This document shows positions 1 to 12,576 of a DNA stretch of 64,000 nt, piece after piece (position 1 is the stretch's first letter; each line of letters opens with the position of its first letter). Both the position numbers and the translations under genes were made by a program. This stretch comes from Paramecium tetraurelia (Eukaryota): positions 434,001 to 498,000 of the forward strand of contig CT868274.1 of the NCBI GenBank assembly GCA_000165425.1, written 5' to 3'. Below the pieces are notes generated by a model. It saw only the letters and a program-made list of their open reading frames with translations. It searched no databases and had not been told where the DNA came from.

Positions 1-286
1 AACTTGGTGATACTATTATAACTGTAAATGTGAAAAGTTTTAGTACAAATGTAAGTTAAACCTTCTAGATGTTATTAAGGGATAGTATCAGTGACCTTTA
101 CATACTGGCAGTTTAAGAAGGAATTCAGTATTAAATTATTTATATCTTAGCAAAGGATCACCTTTAGATTGTTGTTTATTTGTGCCATCTAAAAATATCA
201 GATATGCTTCATCTGAATGGAATTAAAAATTCTAAAAAATTTTCATACCAAGTGATTACACTAATGAAACACTAAAACTAGAATTT
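1..286 (+). repeat. Dispersed direct repeat, copy 1 (copy 2 at 20756-21041)
   Basis: Manual ungapped alignment gives 16 mismatches in 286 nt (about 94%). Confidence 0.95.
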
Positions 287-301
287 AGCTAGTCTAGATG
301 A
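1..301 (+). CDS. 3' end of a paralog of the gene at 20011-21089 (ubiquitin-like C-terminal domain), 5' partial
   Basis: Reads LGDTIITVNVKSFSTNVSQTFQMLLRDSISDLYILAVQEGIH/KGSPLDCCLFVPSK...TLKLEFSQSR*. 23-nt intron at 128-150, TGA at 299-301. Confidence 0.75.
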
Positions 302-1259
302 TTTGATAAAATGATGTTCAAAAGAATATATATAATAATTATTTTATTGGTCATTTTCATCTTATTAATATCTTATTCTAAATTGATAGTTTCATCTCCT
401 TAAAAAAATAGAAGTTAGCCTCAGATTTTTGAAATCAAAATTTAAATTTTGCCATCTCGGAAGTGATTTCAATTCAGATCAATATATTGAGAAAAAGATT
501 AAAAGAGATTCATTAGGAACCTCAATTAATAACATTACTTTTTTTGAGTTTTCGAGAAAATTAATTAAATACATTGGATTATAGGATTACTCGAAAAAGA
601 GTTGCTATATTCAAAACTTAAAGTTATCAATACTAATATCTTATTTTATTAGTAGTTTCAAAAAGTTATAATGTAATATGAAGGAAAATCTATTAAAAAG
701 GAATTTATTCTATTGTTTCAAGTAAACTTATTTCTAGAAGTAGAAGAATGGGTATTAGTTTGTTTTAAGCATTAATAATAAAAGAAAATTTAATAAATGC
801 AGATATATTTAATTATCATTATCATTTTAGGTTTACCAAAAGGAATTAAGCAAAAGAAATTCTTTGCCACATTAAAATTCTTGATTTTGAATTAATTCAA
901 AAATATAAATAATATTTTACAGTAACAAGCAGTATCAATAATCCACATTAATTATATAAAACAATTTGGATAAATCATAAGAATTAAAATAGTTCTTAGT
1001 CTAAATAATAAACAGTAGATAGATTTCTCTTTTAAACTCGACTTAATCTTGAGGTAGAAAATAAAAGCTCTTTTGAAGACTAGTTAGGCAGTTTAAAAAA
1101 GAAATTTGATTAATGTGACTGCAATCGTTTCAAACTGAAATAAGCAACAGGAGAAGGACTTAAATGAGCAAAAGGTGAACTACTTGATTAAGAATGAAAG
1201 AAATGAAATATTAAAAATTAATAAAATATGATGTTCAATTGTTGTATAATGATTTATAA

Positions 1260-1412
1260 TCACAAATTATATTTCTATTTCAAATATTCGTATTTCTACA
1301 ATTGGGATTTCAAAGTCTCTATATCATCCTTATCTAACATGGGCACTAAAGATTTTGATTTTTCAATGGGTTTAGATTTCTCTTATTCTTTAATCTCCTT
1401 TTTGCTATCCAT
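1260..1412 (-). CDS. Small 50-aa charged hypothetical protein
   Basis: MDSKKEIKEQEKSKPIEKSKSLVPMLDKDDIETLKSQLQKYEYLKQKYNL*, a clean ATG..TGA ORF in code 6. Confidence 0.55.
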
Positions 1413-1428
1413 AAATTAATATATTTAT

Positions 1429-2510
1429 ATGAGTCGTATTTTAAAGAATAGTGTAATCTCTCCTATGTTTAAACGTAAAGAGACATTGACATTCGATCAT
1501 AGGGATCAATCTAGGAGATCAACCAAGCGATTTCACTCTGTTGTTCCAGTAAGGAAATTGGTATCCTTATCAACTCCACATATAAATTTGACCCATTAAG
1601 GAGAATCACGTTTTGAAAGAAAACTAAAGGAAAAATAAAAAACAATGATCACCCCTGGGACATAACTCAAAAATGATCATGGTTTATAAGATTATTTAGA
1701 CCATTTAAATTCTGTGAGAATTTTCAGGTCTCCCATGGAAGATGATGCGACAATCAAAAAAATTAAAGAGGAAGTTCAGCTATTTTAAACTGAAAGTCAG
1801 ACTACATTACAAAGATTCAAATCTTTAAAGGAATAAGGAGAGAAGCGTAAGAAGGTAAGTTTGCTGGAAACAGTCCGTAACCCCTTGGCCTAATAATATA
1901 AAAAGTTTACTGAATAAGTATATAATCTGATTCATAATCTCCATTTGTTGAAAGTATAAATTTATTTTGAGTTAGGATTATTTGAACAATTCTAGAAAAT
2001 TGTTTCAAGTTGTAAAAAATTTGATAGGAATGAAGAAAAATCTGTATCCAATCTTAATAAACCCTCAAACAGAGGAATTATATGAATTCGCAGAGATTTC
2101 CCGTCTTTGTTGTATAAGAGATGTTCAATTTATTAATGGTGAATAGCGAGTGATTGAGAGGTTTGATTTATCTTTGATGGATGATTTAATTTATATGTCA
2201 GATTCAATAAAGCACTTGTTACAATAAAATTAGTTGAAAGCCATAGAAAGGATGCGTGATAATGTATAAATATATATTATTGTAAAAGATCAAAGTTGAA
2301 AGATATGAGATAAATAAACTTAGAGGTTAATTAGGAATGAAGGAGGAACATCATTAATTATCAATAGGAACTTCAGCTATGCAGAGATTTAAACCTCATT
2401 TGGAATTGGAAAGCATTGAATCTAGATTAGGTTTGCTAAATTAAATTCCTAAGTAGGCTAGATGGACATCTTAATTGCTCTAAGATATTCTAGATAGATT
2501 AAATGAATGA
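1429..2510 (+). CDS. Hypothetical protein
   Basis: MSRILKNSVISPMFKRKETLTFDHRDQSRRSTKRF...QDILDRLNE*. Two micro-introns near 1954 and 2264 give a continuous frame. Confidence 0.75.
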
Positions 2511-2627
2511 GTTATATATTGATTACATTTATAAATTGAAATTTTCATAATAGAAACAGTAGAGATGTTGAGGAGGATCCTTTTTGAAAGTTTGGGAATA
2601 TAATGATGAGTTTATAATATAAAATTA

Positions 2628-3158
2628 ATGAATTTGCAAATTTAGTTAGAATTAAAGTTAAAAGATTTTGAGTATAGAAAATTGTAATAACAATTAAATG
2701 CGATGAAATCAGTTGTAGATGAAAAAGCAATGAGGTTTGATTCTATCAAAAAACAATTGGCTGAAACTTTTAGTGCTCTGATTAAATATGTGCAATTAGA
2801 ATTATAAAATTTAAAAAAAGAATTGCTAACTCTCATTAATACTCAGAGAGAAGAAATAATTCAATTCTAGAATGAATAGATTTCTCTTAAATACATTTAG
2901 GAATTGGAATTGCTAAATTAACAATATTATGAAGAAAAGGAGCAATTTAAAATAAGGATAGATAAATTGACTCAATAGTTAATAGAATCAGAAAAAAACG
3001 AAGTTTATTTGATGATGCTAAACACCAAGTATTTAAAAGAGAACGAATTATTAAATCAGCAACTGTTATCGAAAAGCAGATAAATGAGTTAAACAGAACA
3101 AAATTTTTATCCAAACAAAACAGGATTCATATCAAAATTTTTAAATAAATATACATGA
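2628..3158 (+). CDS. Coiled-coil hypothetical protein (176 aa)
   Basis: MNLQIQLELKLKDFEYRKLQQQLNAMKSVVDEK...FLNKYT*. Intronless, rich in E/Q/K/L. Confidence 0.7.
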
Positions 3159-3170
3159 GAAATATTTTAA

Positions 3171-3776
3171 TCACTTAGTACACATATATATATAATGGTG
3201 TTCAATATCATTGAATTATTCTATTTTAGTTTTTTCAATTGGAATGATTTAAATTTTGAAGAGCTTTAGATATATTGTTCTGATATCTGGATGCCCATAT
3301 GATATAATCATAAATGTGCCATTAGGTTTCAAGATTCTGTAACATTCACTCAAGTATTTTGAAACTCTTTCGAAAAAAGAGGATCCACTCATCAAACTAT
3401 CTAAAAGGCATTTATCAATTATAAAATCAAACTCTTCGTCTTCAAAATCGATTTTTGTTGTTACATCCATCAAATAATAAGGGATTGTTTGTTGTTATTT
3501 CTACCTGATTAAAACATCGCTAAAATCGACACATCGAATATTTTTAATTCCATCTAATTGCATGTAATCTTATAATTAGGAATTCCCGCAACCAACATAC
3601 AATATCTAACTGATATCAAATCTGCCAAATAAACAATTATGAATAAAAGGCTATAGTGTAGAATAAGTTTGAAGCCATTCAAAAAATTTGTCCTTCTACT
3701 TAGAGTATCTATTGTTCCAATAATCCACACTTGAAAAATCAGGGTATTCCGTAGATAAACTTAGTTCTTTGAACAT
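3171..3776 (-). CDS. SAM-dependent methyltransferase (EEF1AKMT4/METTL13 N-terminal-like)
   Basis: DYWNNRY..FFEWLQTY, ILYVGCGNS (motif I), CVDFS, FDFIIDKCLLDSL, ECYRILKPNGTFMIISYGHP. 201 aa, intronless. Confidence 0.9.
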
Positions 3777-3887
3777 TTGTTAAATGATTGAGTTATTCTA
3801 AGTTAATTTCTCTGCCTCATCAATAATATCCGAATGGTTTAATATATTCGATGGCTATTATGAAATCATATTTAAAATATTTATATA

Positions 3888-4797
3888 TCAAAACCGATAT
3901 CCTGGAATACTTGTGGTAGGAAGAGTTGGTGCATTACCAAACAATGTTTAAGGATTCTCACTCTTTTAATATGTCTCCTGTAATTGCTAAGCTTATTCAC
4001 ATTAAAATTCAAATATTTATTTTTAATATCCTTCGACAATCTTAAAACCTTCCTAAGCACTTTCGAAAAGGATATCTTGATAATGCTTCTTTTCATCTAG
4101 TGGTACATTTGGTCTATTGATTATATCACTGATTGTTTAACTACAACCTGGAAAGTTGTTGGCATTCAATAATTCGTGAGCTGTATTAAGTTTCAATCTC
4201 AATTCCGATTGAGTATAATCCATCTTATCAAGATGATTTAAAGTAAATTTCAACTATTAAGCCACTATCAATTTTTGGAATTCCATTTGAAGTGCTAACT
4301 AAATCATTAATACTCTAAGTATACTTCAACTTATTCTTAATTGATGTTAAATCCTGGAATCGAATGACTATTTAATAAATAATGACTCTTAATCAGAGAA
4401 ACATAGTTTGAAATCAGGACTTGTGTTGTAACATTTCTAACCTTCTCAAATGGTATCATCTCTTCTGGAGAATGTGCATAATGACACATTTCTTAATATC
4501 TGCACGTATTATTGCTGGCATATTTGCATAATGTGGTTTTATAATTATGAATTCCCAAACTGCCAGAGAAGTAAACTTATAGAAGCTTTGGATCCTATAA
4601 ATTTTGACTTGGTAATTGTGGCAACGGCTAAATAAGTACATGAATATTTCTAATACATCATTTGGATTACGCAATTCCCTTTCTCCATGTGCAAAATGAC
4701 ATCTTGATCCAATACTGCAGTTCCCTGTTGTTGTCCAATGTTTACATAGAGAAGTTTTATATTTAGGATTCATCTGGGGGGGAACCATCATCGCCAT
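3888..4797 (-). CDS. Tandem CCCH zinc-finger RNA-binding protein (TIS11/TTP-like)
   Basis: KYKTSLCKHWTTTGNCSIGSRCHFAHG and NYKTTLCKYASNNTCRYQEMCHYAHS. Two micro-introns, ends PGYRF*. Confidence 0.9.
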
Positions 4798-5219
4798 TTT
4801 AATAAAATTATTATTATAATCAAATTTTATAATATAATCCAAATTATTTAGATTTACATTAAGTTTAGAGATTCAAGATCTAAAATATGAACCTAGAGAA
4901 TAAAATATTCAACAGTTATTATATTTATCCATGAGGATTTGATAGATAAGAAAATAATGAAATAAAATAAAAACGCGAAGAAGTTTTCTTAATAAAACTA
5001 AAGCAGCTATTAAAACTTTGAAAAAAGAAATTCAAAGGTTTAGCAATAAGTACTAACTGACCTTTGTTATCTAACTTTTTCTTTCATGAGGCATTATAAA
5101 ATCATCTAAACCCGTAAGTGGCACGAATGAAATTAAGAATAAGGATCTTGGGTCAAACAAGTCCATATATAATGAGAATTTTAACAAATTTCAACATTAT
5201 AATAAAAATGATTCAAATT

Positions 5220-5672
5220 TCATCTTGAACTATATTCATCTTTGAGAATATCAACAAATTCATTTTTATTGACAAACCCTTTTTTTAATATTGCTGTGTA
5301 TTTTTGATTTAATTCCTCCTCTGATTTTGTAATTCCAATTATTTATAATCCCTATATGATGGAATTAATCTTGACAGTTTTATCATTAAAAGTATCAAAG
5401 TGTTCAAATATTACTTCATAATCCGTTGTATCAAAGAATTACTAGTTTTTATGATTTTTAAGCGCATCCAACAAGGTCTTTCTTGGTTGATTGCTCATTT
5501 CAAATATTAATTATGACAATAATTCCTTATATATAATTTCAAACGTTACTTCAAACAAAAGGGATATTTTATGTTTCTCTAAGTATGATAAAGTTTCTTA
5601 AATTTGATCTTTTTAAATTTCATTGAGATGAGGATTGTTTTAGAATAGTTTTTCTAATAATTATGAGGCCAT
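5220..5672 (-). CDS. RIIa/DD-like domain plus EF-hand protein (EFCAB10-like)
   Basis: SYLEKHKISLLFEELLSQLIFEMSNQPRKTL followed by DYEVIFEHFDTFNDKTVKINSIIQGLQIIG. One intron. Confidence 0.7.
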
Positions 5673-6101
5673 TTTATTATTTAATTTTAATAATAATGAT
5701 AATTAAATTACAAGACTATTTTGATAAGAGTAAATTGATTCCAATCAAAAAATTAGAAATTTGAATTACCATTTCACTTAATTTTATTCAGAATACTAAA
5801 AATTATTTTACATTATTAAAATTAAATTGAATACTCTGTTAATGTTTCAACAAGACTCAAAAAACATATTTTATTAATAATAATCATGGACTAAAATAAC
5901 AACTTTAATCAATAGATCTAAATATACTAATCATTATTCTTTATTTATGGAAATAAGTGGTTTTCTAATAACCATTCCTTCTCCCATTTTTTCAATATTG
6001 CTAGATTGAATTGTTGGTTCGCCATATTTTATAAATCTCATAGCTTTTTTATGTTGCTAACAGCTTCTGCTTAAATTATTAAATTATTAATTATTAATAT
6101 A

Positions 6102-6393
6102 ATGAAATCATTTATTTAATGTTATTCTAAAGAAAAGATTTAACAGGTCGATAAATTAGGTCAATAGTTGGAAGAATAAAATTAAAAGCTGTTTAAAGAT
6201 AAATCAACTGTTGATTCAATCAAGTTTGATCTTGATTCAATACAAATAAAAATAATCAATTAATTTTATGAAAAAGCCCAAGAAATGGAAAAATAATTCT
6301 CACAAATTGATTAAACCTATGTAATCTCTCTCTTATTTTACTTAGGAATAATTATTGCTCTTAGAATAGAAACTAAAGGATCAGCTTAAGTGA
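6102..6393 (+). CDS. Small coiled-coil hypothetical protein
   Basis: MKSFIQCYSKEKIQQVDKLGQQLEEQ...IDQTY/EQLLLLEQKLKDQLK*, canonical intron at 6321-6345. The start could lie upstream at 5886. Confidence 0.55.
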
Positions 6394-7218
6394 AATGATA
6401 ATTTATAATTAATATATATTAAATTAATCACAAAGCAAGCAACCTTAACGATTAAAGAATAACTCTTCAATCTCAGTACTTAAAATTATGAATCTCCTGT
6501 GAAATCAATTGACAAATCTAAGAACATTTTCCTAATTCTTAATTCAAATGATAATTGAAATATGATTTGCCTTACATATTAAATTCCACATTAGCTAACA
6601 TAATTCAACACAAAATGCTTCTTGCATTAAATGAAACTTAAACATAAAACTTATAATCGAAATTTAATGAAAAATTTGATTTAATTCATGGACTTGATTT
6701 TTCATTTTTTTTACTCCATTTAAATATCAGGAACAGCATACTCTTTTGATTTCTGCTTTCCTATAAATTAATCTATTGTTGTATTAGAAATAATACTTGA
6801 GAAGCAGAATGATGCTTGGCTACTTTTCGGCATCTCTTCAAATACAAATTTTAATGCTGGCACACAGAAAGATTTATTCTTTATTATCATTTCTTCTTCT
6901 AATTATAAATTTAACTCTCTATATGTCATTGCTCCAACCTAAGTTTGGATTACATTGGTTTTCAAAGGAATTTACTAATAGGGCTCCTATTGAAATTCAT
7001 CAGAACATGATAAAATTAATTCCTCATCTAAACGTTTGAATTCTTAGTCCTAGCCTATGATTGTATTCAAATTCTTTGTAGATTTCATATTAATTATAAT
7101 ATTAATTTAAAATTATTATAACATGCCATTTATACTGACATTTTTAACCCCCATCAAATTTAATATCATTTCCATAAAGACCATAATAAACTAAAAAATA
7201 TTGTTAAAATCAAATAAA

Positions 7219-7671
7219 TCACATCAGACCTTTCTTCTATAAACAATTAAATATTTGTTCCTGCATACAAAAATAAAATCCATTTTTATAAATACCCTGG
7301 TGAATTTAAAACGCTATATGCATTAATTTGGATATTTCTCTGCCAATACCCCAATTCAAAATTTCATAGTCTTGAATTGGGATAATTTTCAGATGTTGAT
7401 TGCAATATTCATAAACCTTAAAAGAATAAAGGGATTTTTCAAAATCCTCATCCGATTGCCTTTGAGAATAAGTTAGTTTTGCATTATAAATTGGAAAAGT
7501 ATCACTATATTCTGTCAGGTAGAAGATAGTTGACTATTGAAATTATTAAGCAGGTTGTATAGTAAGACTAGTATTTGTTTAATATAAAGTCTTTATATTA
7601 ATTAATTATTATTAAAATTTCTCCAAAAATTATAATAAACTTATCTACTCAATTTTCAAATTATTAGGCAT
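7219..7671 (-). CDS. Hypothetical protein (150 aa)
   Basis: Uninterrupted code-6 ORF MPNNLKIEQISLLQFLEKF...CLQKKGLM*. Confidence 0.5.
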
Positions 7672-8914
7672 GATTTAATTAATTTAAATAATTGATATAA
7701 TTTAAAGTTATTTGATCTTGATTTAATAATTAGATTCTACTATTCATCAATAATTACAAAGATAAAGAAATGTAGGTAACAAAGAAAGTAAATGAATAAA
7801 TCAATTATATTATTTCAATAATTTACATAAGGAAGATTTAATATTAGTATTTAAGGATTCATTTCTATCTATTTTAATCTTTTATTTGAAACTGAAAATA
7901 AATGTTTAGGATTGCTCAAAATTCCTTAAGTGATTCTAGCTTATAACAAATTTTAATTAAATGCAATAGGTCTTTTAATAGAAACTTTTGAAATAATAAT
8001 TTATCGTATGGCTTATTCTCTATTATTAATATCTTATGATGGTATTTTTGTATCACAAGCCTATATGAATTTATTAACTTCTTTCACAAAATAAACATTT
8101 ATTTTATCATCTTAGAAGATCACTTTTGGAGAAATCTTCTTGGACAACGATCCTTTTTTGATTATGTTATTCTCTTGAAAATCTCTTTGTGAAATTTTAT
8201 TGATTTTTATGAAGTAGATTTCATTATAGTGTCACCTAAGCCTTGAAATACAGTTTTAGGTACTTTTTTTGTGTCTATGCTTTTTCGGAGAGTCTTATTG
8301 ATTAGAAAAATAAATCTTATCTTGAATCTAATTAACATCTTGCTAATTAAAATTGATAACTTAAATTGAAGAATTCCTAGTTTAATTTGAAGACTAAAGA
8401 CTAATTTGTTTCTTAATTTCAATGTCAATGTGGTCCTTGTTCTTTTACTATTTAATAGTTTATTTTATCCTTAAGAATATTTCATCTAATTTAATAATAA
8501 TCAATTATAAAGCAACACAATAAATATTAAGTATCTATTTGATAAATGTTGTTACTATTCACTTATTCCGATTAGATGGTTATAAGATTTATCATTAATA
8601 ATAATTAAATAAAGCTATAACCTAGGGCTCCTCACAATTTATGTATAATTTTTAATCATATACTTAATTTAGTAGTTTAATGTTTTGATTTTTTATTGAA
8701 GATGATCATTAAATATTTGATTGAAGAGTAGATATTTGTTATACTTATACATGAATTTCTACTATTTAATAATTTCTTTAACCAAAAATAGAAATGAATA
8801 AAACTGAAGAATTTATAAAGAAATAGATGGAATGATCTTTTATAGTGAATATTACTAAAATATTAAAAACGTAGTTATGTAAACAACACAAAAATATTCA
8901 ATAATTCTTATCTT

Positions 8915-9830
8915 TCATTTATTGTTTTTTTCTTATTAGTGTTTTTTGAGGATCTTGAATAATAAGACCAATGAGGCATCTTTGATTTAAGTTTCATTTT
9001 TTGCCCCTGTGAAGACTATCTTTCCTGAATAGAAGATGAGGGCAGCAAGTTTAGGATTTTACATCTTATAAATCAATCCAGGGAATGCTGATCGCTAAGA
9101 GAGATTAATTAAAATGTGTACATCATAGCTGATAGATCCTTGTAAACTTCTGTCATCATTTATTTTCATCAGATTTACTTCATAAGGCAATTGGCTGTTG
9201 GCTACTATGTTACTTGTTTATATATCGCCTATTTGTATACTAATCCTGTTGTTCTTCTCTATCTGTTTTTTAAACTTTAAATAAAATGCTTTTTTCAAAC
9301 TTTATTAGCAGCTTCTTCTGCCTCATTCTAACCTTTGGTACCTGTTATCACCATCTTACCAGCTTCAAATATCAGGGCAGTTGACTTAGGATCTTTTATT
9401 CTCTGAATCAGAGCAGGAAATCGACCTAGATAATTTAAATGAATATCTACTTTTTTTGTATTCACAATTTTGAGATGTGTGAGCCAGATTGTCCAAATCC
9501 AGTTTATCAATATCTTCTCCTGTCTTGGTCTTCATTTTCAGGATCACTGTGCTGACCACATTCTAGATCTTGGGTTCATATGACTCTTGTAATTGATGGC
9601 TTTTTTTTATTTGTGAGTATTCCTATTAAATTAAATAACAAAAGATCACTTTTTCAATTTCCTTCTTCTTTTCCTCAGTATATTCATGAACATCTGTCTT
9701 GTTTTTCTTAATATGTTTTGATTTTTTAGAAATCTAAAAAAAAATATAATGTCAAGTGATATTGAGATAATATAATCGTAATTTTAGTATTAAAATAGGG
9801 TTAAGTTACCTAAGTGTTCTCCGAAGGCAT
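8915..9830 (-). CDS. TBP: TATA-box-binding protein (divergent)
   Basis: PKIQNVVSTV, RFPALIQRIKDPKSTALIFEAGKMVITGTK and the second repeat [36 protein letters not shown]. Four micro-introns. The start at 9830 is inferred and needs a 76-nt first intron. Confidence 0.9.
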
Positions 9831-10212
9831 TGAGGAAATAAAAGTTAAAAAAATTAATTTAAATATAGGAAAAAGATTTAAAAAGCCCCTCTGGCTTAAG
9901 ACTGCCCAAAATTTCGGATGAATTCTATCGTTATTTAGCAGAATCATTAACTTACACGTCTTAAATGATTATCTCAATGACTAAAAGATAACAAAATTTT
10001 CGATTTAAAAAGAATTTAAAAAAATGTATTTATTTATTTAATTAACATGAATTATTACAATTCCAAAACTCCCTATTTGGATGAAATCATGGTATGATAA
10101 TCCTAGGCAATTTATATATAGTTTTGCCTATTTACTATAATTAGATGATAATATATGAAACTATTACTGTATGTTATTTGTATGTATTATTAATATACTA
10201 TTGTTTTCATGA

Positions 10213-11297
10213 TCAATCAAACAATCCTCCCATATCAACATCCTCTTCTGGTTCTTCAGCTTTAGCTGGGGCTTATTAAGCAGCTGGTTTTTATTCAACT
10301 TTAGCAGCCACTGGAGCAGCAGCAACTGGTGCATTTGATTATTTAATTTGATCAAAGATGAATCCCACTTTATAAACCGATAGCTGCTAAATCTTTGAAT
10401 GCATTTGCCAACACATATGGAGCTGAAGCTTCATTGACCCAACCTAAATTGGTAGTTGAAATGAATCATACCATTTGACAAAGAAATAGCTGAAATATTT
10501 TAGACATTTTATTGGAATTTAGCCAAAATGTCATTCAAGTTGACTGATACCTATTATTTGTTTAAAATTGATCCGTTATCGTAACAAGAAAGAACTTCCA
10601 TACTAAAAATATAATTGTTTAAGTTACCCATATAAAAATGGCTTCTTTCCTAATTTCTACAATAAGACAGCTTAAGATTAACCAACCTTTTAGCCTGTTT
10701 TCAAGACAACAAAGTCTTTGGTGATTTAGATTTAACCCTTTTCAATTTTTGTTGGAATTTAGAGAGCATGGAAGAATTGAATTGAAGCTGGGTCCATACC
10801 TGTTGGGCCAGGTGGGATAACGACATCAATTGGAGCAATAGCACCGACTCTTGCTGGGGTTTCAACTTTATTTTCTTCGATAATTGGCTTGAGATCAAAG
10901 ACTGGAGTATCTGTAAAGACAAATCCGACTTTGCCTGCAACTTAGTTTTTCAAGGAATCTAACTCTTTGATTGCATTGCCGAATTTTCTCAAGTCTTCAA
11001 AATATTCATGGGTATCTGGCAATTCTTAGACTCTTGTAGCCAAGACTTTTTTGAAGAGAGTCTAGAATATTTAATAGGTCATCTTTACATTCTTGCCAAT
11101 AACTAAGAGGGCATTTTTCTTAGCCAAAATTCTTCTAATGTCTTACACTTATTTTGATCCGACATTTGCTAATCCAACGATGATGACTTGAGTGTATTTA
11201 GACAACAACTCATAAATCTTTCTAGAGAAAGATATCAATCATTTACTTACTTGAATTATGCTGGCTTCTTATCCCTTTTGTTTCCTTTTTTGCCCAT
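10213..11297 (-). CDS. RPLP0: 60S acidic ribosomal protein P0 (uL10), apparent +1 frameshift near the 3' end
   Basis: [62 protein letters not shown] and C-terminal EEPEEDVDMGGLFD*. Four micro-introns. Confidence 0.95.
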
Positions 11298-11392
11298 TTA
11301 TTATTTATTTAAATTAAAAAAAGATTTCAATTTTTTTTGATAAACTATTTAAGTATATATATATAAATTTCATTATTTCTTAAATGTTCTAT

Positions 11393-12576
11393 TCACGGTG
11401 CTATCTCAAGCCACTTTATACGCTTTCCTTCCTTCCATATCCCGTGTTTCTAAGTGCCATCTGCAAATACAAACAAGCCTTAACCATGTTGCTTTCCATC
11501 ACTCCACATTCCATCGTATTTCTTGCCATCCGCCCAATAATAAATTCCATGTCCATCCTTTTTATCATTCTTATACTCTCCTTCATATTTTCTACCATCC
11601 CTCCAAGTATAAACTCCATAACCATGCATGCAATTATTCTACCATTAACCATTGTATCCTCGACCATCAGCCCAACAATACACACCTCTGCCATTTATTT
11701 TGTTATTCTACCATTCTCCTTCATAATATGAGCCATCAGGCCATTCATATTTTCCATGACCTTGCTTTTTCCCTTGATTATATTGTCCACAATACTTGGA
11801 TCCATCATTCCACACTTCTTTCCCTTGGCCATGCTGAAGATCATCCTTCCATTCTCCTTCATATCTTGATCCATTTGAATGCTTATATATTCCTTTTCCG
11901 TTAGCCTTGTCCAAATCCCATTCCCCTTCGAAGATATCTCCATCGACATGATAGAAAATACCCTTGCCACAAGCCCTGTTATTTTTCCATTCCCCAACAT
12001 ACTTAGCACCGTCACTCCAAATTTAAGTGCCTAAACCTTCCCTCAAATTTCCCTTCCACTAACCTTCATATATTGCCCCACTCTTAAACTGATATGGGCC
12101 TCTCACCTCTAATTAAGCATCATTCCTCTGGGTAGGTAGATTTATAACTTCAAAATTTTCCTGCATATAGTTCTTATTTGCTCCTTGTATTGCATTTTTT
12201 TAAACAATCTTCAATTTATTTTATTATTTCCTTTTTCGAATTAAATAGCCTCTATATCTGCTCTATATTTTGATTGCTGCCTTAATTGAGTTTGAATTGT
12301 CATTACACAGTTCATTAAATTTTCCCAGCTCCTATTTGTTTGAACTGATTAATGAAACCTGTTTATTTATAAGTCTCTTATCCTATTCTTTGCTAAATTG
12401 ATTTGGTTCGCCAGTTTGCTTATTACTTTTTATTGATCCTCTCGACTAATGAATGCTATTTTTTATCTCTTTATTCTCTAACTTACAATTAAATGACATA
12501 ATACAACTACTATCTCCTTCTCCTGCAAGCTTGCCTTCCCATTATTACACTCACACTAACCACATTGATTGCCCAT
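11393..12576 (-). CDS. MORN-repeat protein with IQ motif and N-terminal MGNQC acylation motif
   Basis: Repeats such as [51 protein letters not shown], and IQ motif [17 protein letters not shown]. Confidence 0.9.

Noticed and set aside
302..1259. Coding-like fragments after the duplicated gene
   Set aside because: The frames I tried are interrupted by TGA and I could build no consistent intron model.
6430..7088. Minus-strand ORF MKSTKNLNTIIGQDQEFKRL...
   Set aside because: Possibly a gene with one intron, but the 3' frame is ambiguous and no domain is recognisable.
7740..8760. Long minus-strand frame with one in-frame TGA near 8232 (selenocysteine or readthrough?)
   Set aside because: Low-complexity protein with no redox motif and no SECIS seen. 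A pseudogene or unresolved intron is more likely.
9761..9978. 11-bp inverted repeat ATTGAGATAAT/ATTATCTCAAT around the TBP start
   Set aside because: Short and AT-rich with no target-site duplication, so it is compatible with chance.
11384..11904. Plus-strand ORFs of 115 and 168 aa in the supplied track
   Set aside because: They are antisense shadows of the MORN-repeat gene.
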